DNA from: Kudoa neothunni
Lineage: Eukaryota; Animalia; Cnidaria
Direction of reading: 5' to 3'
Length of the DNA: 40,236 nucleotides
Assembly (NCBI GenBank): GCA_964304625.1
Contig: OZ199839.1
Location: 9,706,814 to 9,747,049, forward strand
Positions 25,227 through 36,736 of this stretch are shown in pieces. Position numbers and translations under genes: made by a program. Positions within the stretch are counted from its first letter, which is position 1; every line of letters begins with the position of its first letter. A model generated the notes under the pieces. The model was not told where the DNA came from, searched no databases, and worked only from the letters and a program-made list of their open reading frames with translations.

Positions 25227-28200
25227 ATGACGATAAATGTCTCACTCATATTGATCTTAATTTCCACAAGTAATGAATGAATAATTATTTTTGTAAAATT
25301 TAATTTTCATTAGTTATACACTCGGATATTTGTTCTACAGTAGATATTGATAACAATATATTGAAATTAAGCTTTTTGGGTGATGAGAATAAATATAGAA
25401 TATCTTTAGCAGGGTACAGTATTGAAAACAGTCACAGGAAATGTTCACTTCAATATTATGATACCACAACACCATCAATTAAAGTTAGTCCTGTTTGTAC
25501 TAGTATCGCAAACGCTAAACAAGATAACGATTTGAATATTTGCATTATTGATTGTAAACAGGTCGAATTAAAATTAGATGAGAGCGAATTTAAGAAAATT
25601 AAATATATAAAATGGTGCCAGGGGAAGGATGATAAAGCTTTAAAGACATGCACTAATAAAAAAGTTTATAAACTCAAAGGTAATATATGAATTCTATTTT
25701 TGTTATAAAAAATTAATTAGATATCTATCTGAAAAGTATAATATCTGTAACAAAGTTAAACGACGAATTTACTGTAACGATTCAGACAAAAATAAACGGT
25801 GAGATCTCCGCCATCATGAATGGTAGTCAGGAATCTACTGTAGAGTTAAAGAATAATTTTCATGAACAAAGTACAATTACACTTAAAGCAAAGCCTGAAA
25901 CGGCAACATATTTTATTAATTTTAATGAAAAAGCCCCCAAAGTGCTTTTAAACTCTAAAAAACCTTCTCAGGATTGGTTTATTGCAACTGGATCAAAGCA
26001 TATAGATGACTCAAAATATTATTATACAATAACACTTGAAAACCCAGAACCTTCTAAGATTTGCTACTTTGGAATAAAAGAAATTAATGAATCTCACTTT
26101 ACTTCAAACTGTTCAATCTACAATAAGGCTGGACCATGTTTTCAGCCTTGTTTCAGGGCGACGTTATTCCATGGATCAAATTTGAATTTCGCCCAAATTA
26201 TGATAAAATCCTATGAAAAATCGGCATCTAAAGAGTTTATTCAAACCATCGAATGTATTAAATCATAATTCATATGTTTTTGATTATTTTTTAGTTGATA
26301 CTCCTAAAGCCACTGTTACTGCTGATAAAAATCAAGCTACTGTCAATTTAAGCAATCTAAATAAAAACGTAAAATCTGACTCTGGAGTCACTTCCGCAGC
26401 AATATCAGAAATTAAACTAATAAAAAAATACCTAGGGATTTTAGCTGTTGGTAAAAATCCAACGTGCAGTGACTCTGAAGGATGTCATAGTTTTGGTTCA
26501 AAAACTGTGACAAAACTGGACCTGTTAACAGAATATATTATAAAAGTGAAAATAACTGGACTTACTACCGTTGATTCTCCCGAAGTTAGCCATTACCACA
26601 GATACATATATTTTAAAACAAAGGGTAAAATTAATTAATAAATATTTTCTTTAATGTTAACAGGGGATCAATTTGACGCATCTAAAACCATTACAGCAGT
26701 GACTGTCTCAGGCCACCATACAAAGTTAAGCGTCAAACCAACTCTTTTCCCCTCTGGGCAAAACTTAAATGCAAAATGTGAACTCTATTACTCAGTTGGG
26801 AATGAGGCTTCAAAATATCCAGCTACATGCCATATAAATGATATTAACAAATTTTGTTTGGATGTGTGCACCAACACTTTCATTATTGTTAACCTGGATC
26901 CTAAAACGAGCTACAAAATAACAGTATGCTCCAAAGGATATACTTGCGAACAAAGTAGTACAGGAACAGAAAGTAATTTGTAGATTTTTGAATAAAATTT
27001 ATTAATACATAAAGCCGGAGAAGAAAAATTCACAATTTCTAAAACTGACTCAAATGCAGAAAAAAAGATTGTTGCTACTATGACTGCATCAACGGATGCA
27101 ACTTTAGGAGATTCGTGGGTTTATATACTATTAGAAAAATCCTCGAAGAAAATAATCATTGATTGTTTAAATGGTTCTTGTGACCCTGCTATAACAACTA
27201 CACGGGGCTCTCCCCAACTAGATATTTCTGAGGATACTATAAACGCAGAAATTGAATACGAAATAGTTGTGATAAATATTGATAAAAGCACACCTGTGAA
27301 TCAGGATATAACAAGTTATAATTACTTAAATTATTAAAATTAAATGATTGTAGGAAGCATTGAGGGAAGTACAGATAAAATGATTTTAAGGTACAACAAA
27401 TCAGAAAGTAAGCATAAAATTATATTTAAAGACAGCCCTTCAGTGGCCAATGAAAAACAATGCAAAATAAAAAAGTCCAAAAATGATTTATTGGGTTATG
27501 AAGATGCCGGTGAAAATAACACAGAACTTCAAAAAAAATGTGGCACACTAAGTGTAGAATCCACTATTAGTCTTAATAATGACCATAAGCTTAATTATAT
27601 TTCTTACACTTATCAATATTCCCAGGAAATAATTGAGACATCACCTTTGGAAAATTCAGAATCAGCGAAAGAAGGAACTCAAGGAAAAAATGCAAAATCA
27701 CCTGAACCATCAGAACAAATAAAAAGAACGGTCACATACCCAAAAGGGAAAGTTTATTCATATTTCATAGGTAATTTTCAATTGATATAAAAATATAATT
27801 TTTTTAAGATGAATACGAGGAAATAACGTACATTGCATCACTTGATGCTGACCGAATAAAATTGGGATCGAATAAATGTTCGTTAAAATGCAAAGCATAC
27901 AAAGACGATCAAAACTCAAACACAATAGCACAAAATGGAGTTAATACATGCTCTAATTTTGAGAGCTACTCAATTCAATTCGATGAGTTGGTTAAAGATT
28001 ATCATATTCGCTGCCCAAAACATTTCGATTTTCACTATTTTTATGACAATGAATTTGTTAAGAATAATGCACCGGTTTTTAGTAGATTTTACTACGAATT
28101 AACTAATGATGAAGCTAAGAAGAGACTTTCAGTAAAATTGGTAAATGAAGAGCCGTCTGAGATATGTACGTTTGAATGGTTGGACGCAACTGCGTCTTCT

Positions 28201-31200
28201 TCAAATAATTTTTTTTCTAATACATGTGAAAATAATGGAAAATGTTTATACAGTATGTGTAATAATGTGACTTTTGGAGATATGCCAGATGGCGTAAAAG
28301 CGGTCAAAATTCGTGTCTTAAAATTAGGAATGAGACCTACTGTTGGTTACCAAAACAACATCTACATATGTAATGTATTAATATTATACGAAATAGTAAT
28401 TCTATTATTTAGTGAAACAGGGAAAGGATGTACCTGTGACAACATCAGACAACAACATAAAAATTGATATTAGTGCTAATAGTAAAAATGAAGGAGGCGA
28501 ACCTGTTAGTGGACACTCCACTGTTACATGTTCTTTGTCGTATTGGAATGCGTATGCTCCGTTGGTTTATGAAAATGGAAGGAAAGCTGTTACTATCCCT
28601 TCATCCTGTACTTTCTCCGAGATGGAAATATTACCAAGTCCAACTCATTTACATAATGATATTATGGTAAAAATAATAAATATACCTAATTATTCTCCAA
28701 AAAAATATTTTTATCACAAAACAAGTATTTAGTATGAATATATATTTGTAATAAATATTATGTAGTTCAATCAACCGCACTTTCAGCTACAGATTTAATA
28801 GTTACATTAAAAGCAAATGGATTTTCTTTCACTCCTAGTACGTCCGCTTCATCCGCCACATGCACCGTCTACGTAAAAGAAAAAGATTCAACGAATGGTT
28901 ATTACCCAGCTATATGTACCGGAAAAGTATTGTGTACAAATACTTGCAACACGCAGTTTACCCTTATTGGGCTTTACTCTGGCGTTATTTACGATATTAA
29001 AATTGTACCTAGTGGAAATTACAAAGTTTTAGAATTAAAAAACATACAAACAAGTAATATAATTTATATACATTTTAATAAATATTAAATAGTTGGCCGT
29101 AAAATTTATTTTGAAATTTCCGGAGAAACTAAGAAGAATAACCTTAAAATTACTTCGAAATCTTCTATTGATAATGCCGCTAATACTAATTGTTTTTATC
29201 AACTATATAGACATGAAACAAATGAATGTAATAAGTTCTTTCATCTTATTTTATTTACATGATGTAGTTTCACCAACAAATATACAAAAATCATGCATTG
29301 AATGTACTGGAGATAATCTCAAAAAATGCAATGAGATTCGATTCGATTCAAATTCGTATAGTAATAAGTACAATTACACATTAATGATATACGTCGATGG
29401 AAAGTCACCACCAGTCAAAATCCCGATTCCAGGTATTATAAATTTTGTTATATCTAATATACATATATATTTAGCTTTCTCAAGGCATGGTAAACTTCAG
29501 CAAAAATTTGTTCCCGCAATTGGTGAAGATATTGAGAAATTCTCTGTTTCACTTGCGAATTTTCCCCAAAACAGCAGATGCGTGATAAAATTATCAAGTT
29601 TTAGTGAAACACCAATATTCAATAAGCCAGATTGCTCTACTATTGCAAATGAAGGTTACTGTATTGTTGATTGCATAACACCTAATCCAGTTGAAATTGA
29701 TTATTTAAATTCAAAAATTGATCGATATATATCCGTTTGTTATGGCTTAAATGATGACGAAGCAAAAAAATGCAAACAAGTATCGGTTTTCCAAATTAGA
29801 ATGGGTATGTTAGCATTTGTATTATATTTATTCAATATAAAAAGATTTTTCTGTATTTTTGTTTTTTATTTTATACATTTTTTATAGATTATCGGATGAA
29901 AAATACATATACAATTGCCCATGGTGAGAATAAGATTAGATTATCGTACAAGTCAAACTCAAAAACCGAATGGGAAGTGAGTACGGACGAGAAAAGTGAT
30001 TTATCCAGTGGCTCACAAAAAACTGCCTTAGATAAATCAGATTATTCTGCTAACGTCGAAACGAAATCTGCTGATTTTTCGGTTGATAGGTTAATGAGTT
30101 ATTACAAAATGAATTCAACATTAATATGGCCTGGAATAATATATTATACAAACAGTACTTTCTTAAATGAAAAAATTCCAATTAAATCTCAAGTTATTTA
30201 CTCAATTTCAAGTATCGCTGATAAAAATAATCAACTAAAATTAAATTTTTCGCCTGGTCCTTACAATGATGAAATGTGCCACATCAAAGTATTTGAAGTT
30301 CAGTCAAATGGTACAGATAAAGAAAATAGTGTTTTGAATACATGTGGATTAATAAATGATGGATGCTACCAACTATGCCAAGACGGTTTAATTGATTTAA
30401 ATAATGATTATCAAAATGTTGGAGTGATAATAAAAAGAAGATTCGATACCGTGGGATTCAAGCAATACCACAAAAGTTTTTAAAATGTTTCATTTAATTG
30501 ATAAATTTTTATAGGAGATGATACTGGCCTTGGTTTATCTGCAATTTCTGATGTTGGTGTTACAATCACTGGGCTTAATATTTACAATAATTTAAAAAAA
30601 CAAGATTCAACCGTAACATGTACCATTAAAATATCCAGAGCTAATACCATATCGACTGAAGCGAGGGCTCAGTGTAATTCTAACAATGCTCCATGTTCCA
30701 TCGACTGCCAACAGTCATATATGATTAATAATTTAAGAGCTGGTACGAATTATCTGATATCAGTAGAAATTATTAATCTTGGAATTAATGGTCATTATAT
30801 CAAAAAGATGATGTTTAGAACGAGTAATACGGAATTCAAATTTTAAATTCTGAATTGAAATAGGCGGCGGAGATGGATTAACTATAACAAACTCACAAGC
30901 TACGTTAATAGCTGGGAATGCAACAGTTACACCCTACCAGGCTGACAATTCTCTTCCGATATGTAGAGTATACCTTCGAAAGGGTGATGAATCAAATCCA
31001 AAATACATGGCTACATGCGAAGGAATGGGAGCTTGTGAGAACAAATGTGAGGGTCAATTCAAAATAGTTAACCTAGTGTTGGGACAAAAATATAAAATAT
31101 TTGTGGAACCATCAGACGGTAAAAATGTTAAAACCTACGATATTACTACAAGTATTATACTCAGAATATTTGTTGTCTATATAAATTATAATAGTAAATG

Positions 31201-32055
31201 CTGATCTCACTTTTTCAGTGGATTTTATGGAAAACAATGAATTAAAAATTGTCGTAGAGTTTATTGGAAAAAAGAATGACTCTAAATGTCCATTTATATT
31301 ACAAGAGAAGAAGGACAAAATATTATCGACAATTACTTGGTGTAGTGATGACGAGCCTTGTGCGGAAAATAATTGTGTTATTAACCTCAATAGATTGTCG
31401 AGAGAAAAAGATTATGTTTGGAGTGTAAAAGCGAAAGATTATTCGAAATATAAAGAACATGATATTTTATGTAAATATATTTTTTACATCTTATTAATTA
31501 TCTATTTATATATAACACTATAAAAAGATTCAAAAATTCCAAATCTTGAGAGGTAAATAAAGGCACTCATGTTAAATATTTATCAATTATTTTAGTAAAT
31601 AAATAGATTATTTGATTAAATAAACAAAATATAAATAGAGGAGCAGCCATTGAGTAGCGAATATACAAATATCAACATGGATGATATTGTTCAAAAGGTC
31701 ATAAGAACAGTAGAAAAGGGGTAACTTAATATTTTATTCTTAATTTTAATTCTAATTATCACATAGTAAATTTCTTATAATAATTACTATTAAAAATTAT
31801 CAAATGAGTAGATGGCAAAGAGAAGCATGATTATACAGCCGCAAAGAATGAGAATTCGTATTTTATGTTAGTATTATTATGTTTAATACTTTATTAGGTC
31901 GTCTAATAGATACCTGTAAATTAATTCATGTAATGTCAATGCTAATTCTTTTATGTAGTCTTTATGGAATGATCCCCATTGTGGCCGCATTGTTGGTAAT
32001 GATTGGTCTAATTGCCTACAGAAGGAGCGCTAAAGATGTTAGTTACGATTTATAA
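25227..32055 (+). CDS. Paralog 2: intact 22-exon gene, ~1938-aa type I membrane protein with tandem Cys-rich FN3-like modules
   Basis: Exons 25227-25269, 25314-25679, 25721-26254, 26295-26624, 26664-26972, 27015-27314, 27354-27770, 27809-28369, 28413-28724, 28766-29053, 29093-29227, 29268-29432, 29475-29804, 29888-30475, 30515-30823, 30864-31151, 31195-31470, 31528-31551, 31639-31719, 31812-31857, 31898-31915, 31959-32055. Total 5817 nt, open throughout. Signal peptide MTINVSLILILISTIIHS. FN3 'L-x-x-G-x-x-Y' motifs (YMINNLRAGTNYLISV, FIIVNLDPKTSYKITV). TM LLYGMIPIVAALLVMIGLIAY, then RRSAKDVSYDL*. Confidence 0.88.
31552..31638 (+). other. Nested twin intron 1 ([D1,2] stwintron-like) in paralog 2
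   Basis: GAG A|g[gtaaat...ttttag 31553-31595, 43 nt]taaata...aaatag|AG GAG CAG. Regenerated donor GTAAAT, outer intron 44 nt. One-step splicing 31553-31638 hits TAG within 7 codons. Confidence 0.75.
31720..31811 (+). other. Nested twin intron 2 ([D1,2] stwintron-like) in paralog 2
   Basis: AAG G|g[gtaact...acatag 31721-31766, 46 nt]taaatt...gagtag|AT GGC AAA. Regenerated donor GTAAAT, outer intron 46 nt. One-step splicing gives GGA TGG CAA AGA GAA GCA TGA. Confidence 0.78.
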
Positions 32056-32354
32056 ATGGAATAGCAAAATCAATATATTTAATTTATTATTTGATTTCAT
32101 ATCAATTGTTCCCTATTTCCAATTTTTGTTATTTACAACTATACAATACATAATTTTTTATATATGATTATAAGGAGAAAGATTGAAGTTTTCACAATTT
32201 TGTTAAAATTAATTTTTTTGAGATAATGATATTTCATTTTTTCTTGATGAAGTAACAATAATTATATTTTCCAGTCAATATGCTGCTTTTGAATAATTTA
32301 GTGTACCTTTTCTGTTTTTTAATATTAAAAATATTTTGAGCTATATATTTTCAA

Positions 32355-35300
32355 GGCAGTGGCTATTACCACGGGAATCAATCTCTCTGCAATTGTTATC
32401 TCTATTAAATAACTAATTTCACATTACTATTATTTATATTTTTCTCTACTAAATTATGAAAAATAGAGAAATTTGAGATGGTTGTAAATTTATGTAAAAT
32501 AGACGACCAGAAACATAAATGTCAGCGAATTTAATAGACTAAAATAATATTAACGTTGAATTAATTATAAATATTAATCATTTCTAAATTATTGCTTTGA
32601 GCCATGCAGTGTAAACATAACTCCACGTGTTTCACGAGTTTGGTTGAACTACAATGAGTGATTCGAATTCAGACAATTTTCATGTTGGAATGAAATTTGA
32701 AACTTTTGAAAGTTTAAAATTTTATATTCAAGAGTATGAGAAAAGTCATTTTGTGAATTTAAAGATTCGAGATTCAAGAAGAATTGACTCAGTGTAAAAC
32801 CGGGTTAATCGAAATATTAAAAACACGCCAATGTATTACGAAATAACTTATGTATGTTACTTTGGAGCCCATTATCGAAATAGAGTTAAAGGCGAAAGCA
32901 TAAGAAAATTTCCCTTAAGAGAAATTGCCCATTTAAAGTTACATTAAGAGTAAGTGTAGATGGAAATTTCCTGGAGATTAGATCTTCTAACACTACCCCT
33001 AACTATCCAAATGATCCATGGATCTATGAAAACTTACCCAGTCAGAGGAAATTAAACCAAAGTGATGGCTATTTGTCAGAGCTTCTTTCTCTCAGAACGA
33101 GCAAAAAACTCATACAAGCCAAGTTAAATGGCGATTCAGGCAAGAATATACCTTTGAAAGCTATTCACAACATTAAAAAAATCTCAAAAGTCGGATCTGA
33201 TAACATTACTTTAGTTGTGGAAATTTTAAAGAATCAATACAATTGCATGGTGAGCGTTTTATCAGATGATAATAAAAATGTTTGTGGAATCTTTTTTATG
33301 GATAAACAGATGCTCAACACAATTAATTTCTTTCCAGAGTTACTCATGCTTGATGCAACCTATAAACTGCTAGACTCACGGTAATCTTAGGAGGTTTTCT
33401 CTATTTCGTTGTTTTATTAGTTCATTAGTGCGCCATTGTATCTGTCTGTTGCAGAAGACTCGGTTGGTGAAACCCACATAACCAGCGGTTGCATCTTGTA
33501 TGATGAAACGGCGGAGTCAATTAAATGGTATATTTCTCAACTAATAAAAATGATGCCGAACATGACTCAAAATGTCCGAACGATCATTACTGACAAGCAC
33601 CACACTCTAAGGAAATGTTTGAAAGAATTATTTCCTAACTCTAATCTAATGATCTGTATATTTCATGTTTCTCAAAGTTTCAGACGTGAAATAACTATGT
33701 CGAAATACGGTATCACACGAGAGAAAAGGGACCAATTGCTTGAAACTCTTAATAAAATTATCTATTCGAAAAATAAACATGAATTCGATAAATTATGCAA
33801 TAACCTTTTTCAACAAAGCAACGATAAGTTTATTAACTATTTTAAATCCAATTGGGAACCAATCGCTGATGAATGGGTCATAGGATTAAGTGAAACACAT
33901 CATTTCTATGAAAACTTGACCAATAATAGATTAGAAGCCATTAATGGTCAATTAAAACAAACAATAAAGAAATTTTCAAATCTTAATGATTTTTTCCGTT
34001 ATTTCTTTGACGCTCTCAAATCAATGAGAATAGAAAGGAAATACAATATAACCAAAATATTATTGAACCCAGTTAATTTTGATACCTCAAATGAAGTTCT
34101 AAACGCGTATTTTAATCATTTAAATCCATTTGCCTTCAATATAATCCATAAACAAATTCAAAATTTTGACGAAAACACTAATACAGAGAGTTTAACTACA
34201 TCCATAAAATGTAATTGTTATATTTACAGATCGTATCTCCTTCCATGTAGTCATATTTTTAAAAAGAGAGCGTTTAACCTGCTTCCAATGTTCGATTCAA
34301 ATTTATGCCACCCTAGGTGGTCAAAAGATTACATGAGCCGATTCTTGGAAATGGAAACTATAAATATAACACCAAAAGAGAGTATTACAATAAAACCAAA
34401 AGGAATTTTTAATTCTTATGGAAAACGTTTAAAAAATTCTGTGATTTACACAAATAAGCTAGCAGCTTTGTCCGCTGAATATTGTGGGGAGTTTTATGAT
34501 AGTTGCCTATCACTATTCAACACAATAGAAAAAATAATCAAGAACCATGACGTCAAATTAATAAAACAAATAAATCAATTAGGTATTTTAAGAAAACTTA
34601 ATTTTTCTTGATTTATTTTTAGGAAATCGCACCATTGAATACTCTGAGGCTATAGCTGAAGATGAAGATATCTCTGAAGGAAGAGGTATACGACGCTTAA
34701 CTTGAATATTTTACTCGTATCTAACTTACAAAAAATAGATGTTATTGAGAATATTTTTAATTCTCAAATAATTGTTGAGGGTGTTGGTAATAATATTGTT
34801 CCGCAAGGTGAGGAGATTATCGAGAATATTATTGTTAATAATATTTCAAATGAAAATGCTCCCGAGCTCCAAACTGTTTTATCTAAAGATCAATTAGCAC
34901 CTACTTTAAATATGATCGAGCTTGACGGTACTTTCATTTCCTTTCTTTTTTTAAATTATTTTAGCCTTAAAAATTCCCTCTCGAGTGAAGTCTGTTGGGA
35001 GACCAAAGGGATACGCTTTAACCACTATTGGATACAAAAAAAAAACTAAATTTTCTTAGATCTCTCATTATTTATTTGACTAGGATAGCCATTGTTCATC
35101 GTGTTATATTCATCTAATTTCTGAAAAATAACCTAATTATGATTAGTTTTCTCAAATTTCTTGTCTATATTGAAAACTAACGCGGAAAATTCACATCATT
35201 TCTGTGAAATATAATGAGCATATTTTATCTTGAAGTTCATAATTTATGAATAGAATACAATAAATCATATAATTTAAACATTGTAAAGATTGGAAATAAA

Positions 35301-35686
35301 TTAAATAACACGAGGTTGAATATATCATGTAAAGGCGCGCGCTTCAAGAGTAATGTCAGACCTACAAAATCACACAAAATTCTTTAACTTTAATCTTATT
35401 ATTCACAGAACATGATATAATACAATTTTGATCATGTATTAAATTAAGATTAATAAATCTTTCATTTAATTATGGAAAGCGATCAATAAAATAAACAATA
35501 TAAATATGTAAAAAAAGATATTCTCAATTGTTACCTAATTCTATAATTTAGTAGAGAAAAATATAAATAATAGTAATGTGAAATTAGTTATTTAATAGAG
35601 ATAACAATTGCAGAGAGATTGATTCCCGTGGTAATAGCATGTGCCGAAGGTGGGGATTACACGGATCCGTGGTAATAGCCACTACC
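32355..35686 (+). mobile_element. Mutator-like (MULE) DNA transposon, full length
   Basis: Perfect 9-bp TSD tattttcaa (32346-32354 / 35687-35695). Termini ggcagtggctattaccacgg / ccgtggtaatagccactacc. ~96-bp identical TIR core (32362-32457 / 35543-35638). Confidence 0.95.
32654..35059 (+). pseudogene. MULE transposase (ZSWIM1/3-like N-domain, DDE, SWIM finger, GRPKG tail), 5 exons, disrupted in exon 1
   Basis: LDATY, ITDKH, CIFH, TNNRLEAIN, CNC...LPCSHI, VGRPKGYALTTIG. Introns 33381-33428, 34583-34622, 34686-34738, 34928-34964. Stop at 32795-32797 and a frameshift at ~32910. Confidence 0.88.
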
Positions 35687-36736
35687 TATTTTCAATTAAT
35701 AGCTATTTCATTAAATATTTTAGTGAAAAAAAGTATATATATATATAAATCTAAGATATTTTTCATCATATTTATAGAATTATACATTGTCGGGGATGAT
35801 TAGTTTACTAGCAGAATCACAAATAATATTATGAGTGCGCATGCTCCAATGTTAATTTGAATTTTTTATATTTTTAAAAAATATATCCATATTAAATAAA
35901 ATATTGTTCATATTATAATCTAAAAGTATTATTGTAATAAAACAGCGAATTTTCGTTTCATTCATACCAAGTAAAGTAATATATAATTTTGACGCATGCG
36001 TATTGCAGATATTACTTAAGTTTAAGTTGAGGCTGAGGGATTGTTATGATTTAATAAATACTTAATTTTTCAAATTAAATTAAAATTTATTCAATATATT
36101 ATCTTTAGTTTAAACATTAATATTAATTTCTTCCTGATAAGTTGGCGAATAAAGGTCATTTTAATAAATTATTAATAAAAATTCTTTCAACTTTTTTGAT
36201 TTAAACCAAACGAAATATAATAATAACTATGGAAACATAATTTCGGAGAGAATTTGTAATAAAATATTTATAAATTAACTAGGATAAGATATAAGTATTG
36301 TAGATGGTTAATTTTTATTCGTATTTCATATTATGAATATTTTAAGCTTACTACATAGATAAATTCTACGGTGTATTTTTTAATCACTTATTTATTTTCT
36401 CCATTATTAGTGCATATTTTTGCAAAAATATAATTAATATTCCACTTAAATAGACTTTCATATTATGTTAGTCTCAGAAAATAATCATTTCATCAATAAT
36501 TTGACTAATGAAAACTGTATAGGCTGTAGAATTTAAGTATTCGGATCTATTCTAAACTATTTTATACCGAGAGAATTGTCAAAAAATAACGATTCTAAAA
36601 CTTTGTATGTTGTCGGCCACAAGTAATTTAAAAACCCGGTTAAATAGAAACATTAAAAATCATTAATGTAAAAAAAGGACTTCACTCATAATAAATATTC
36701 AAATTTTAAGTGTTTAAAATAAAAGTTTATATTATA

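Noticed and set aside
29093-29887. 264-aa ORF with hydrophobic, TM-like stretches
   Set aside because: Artefact: wrong-frame exon 11 plus read-through of AT-rich introns.
31595-31638. Alternative [A2,3] splicing order using the G of the internal AG as donor
   Set aside because: The base after the final AG is A at both sites, so no in-frame acceptor is regenerated. Only the [D1,2] order keeps the frame.
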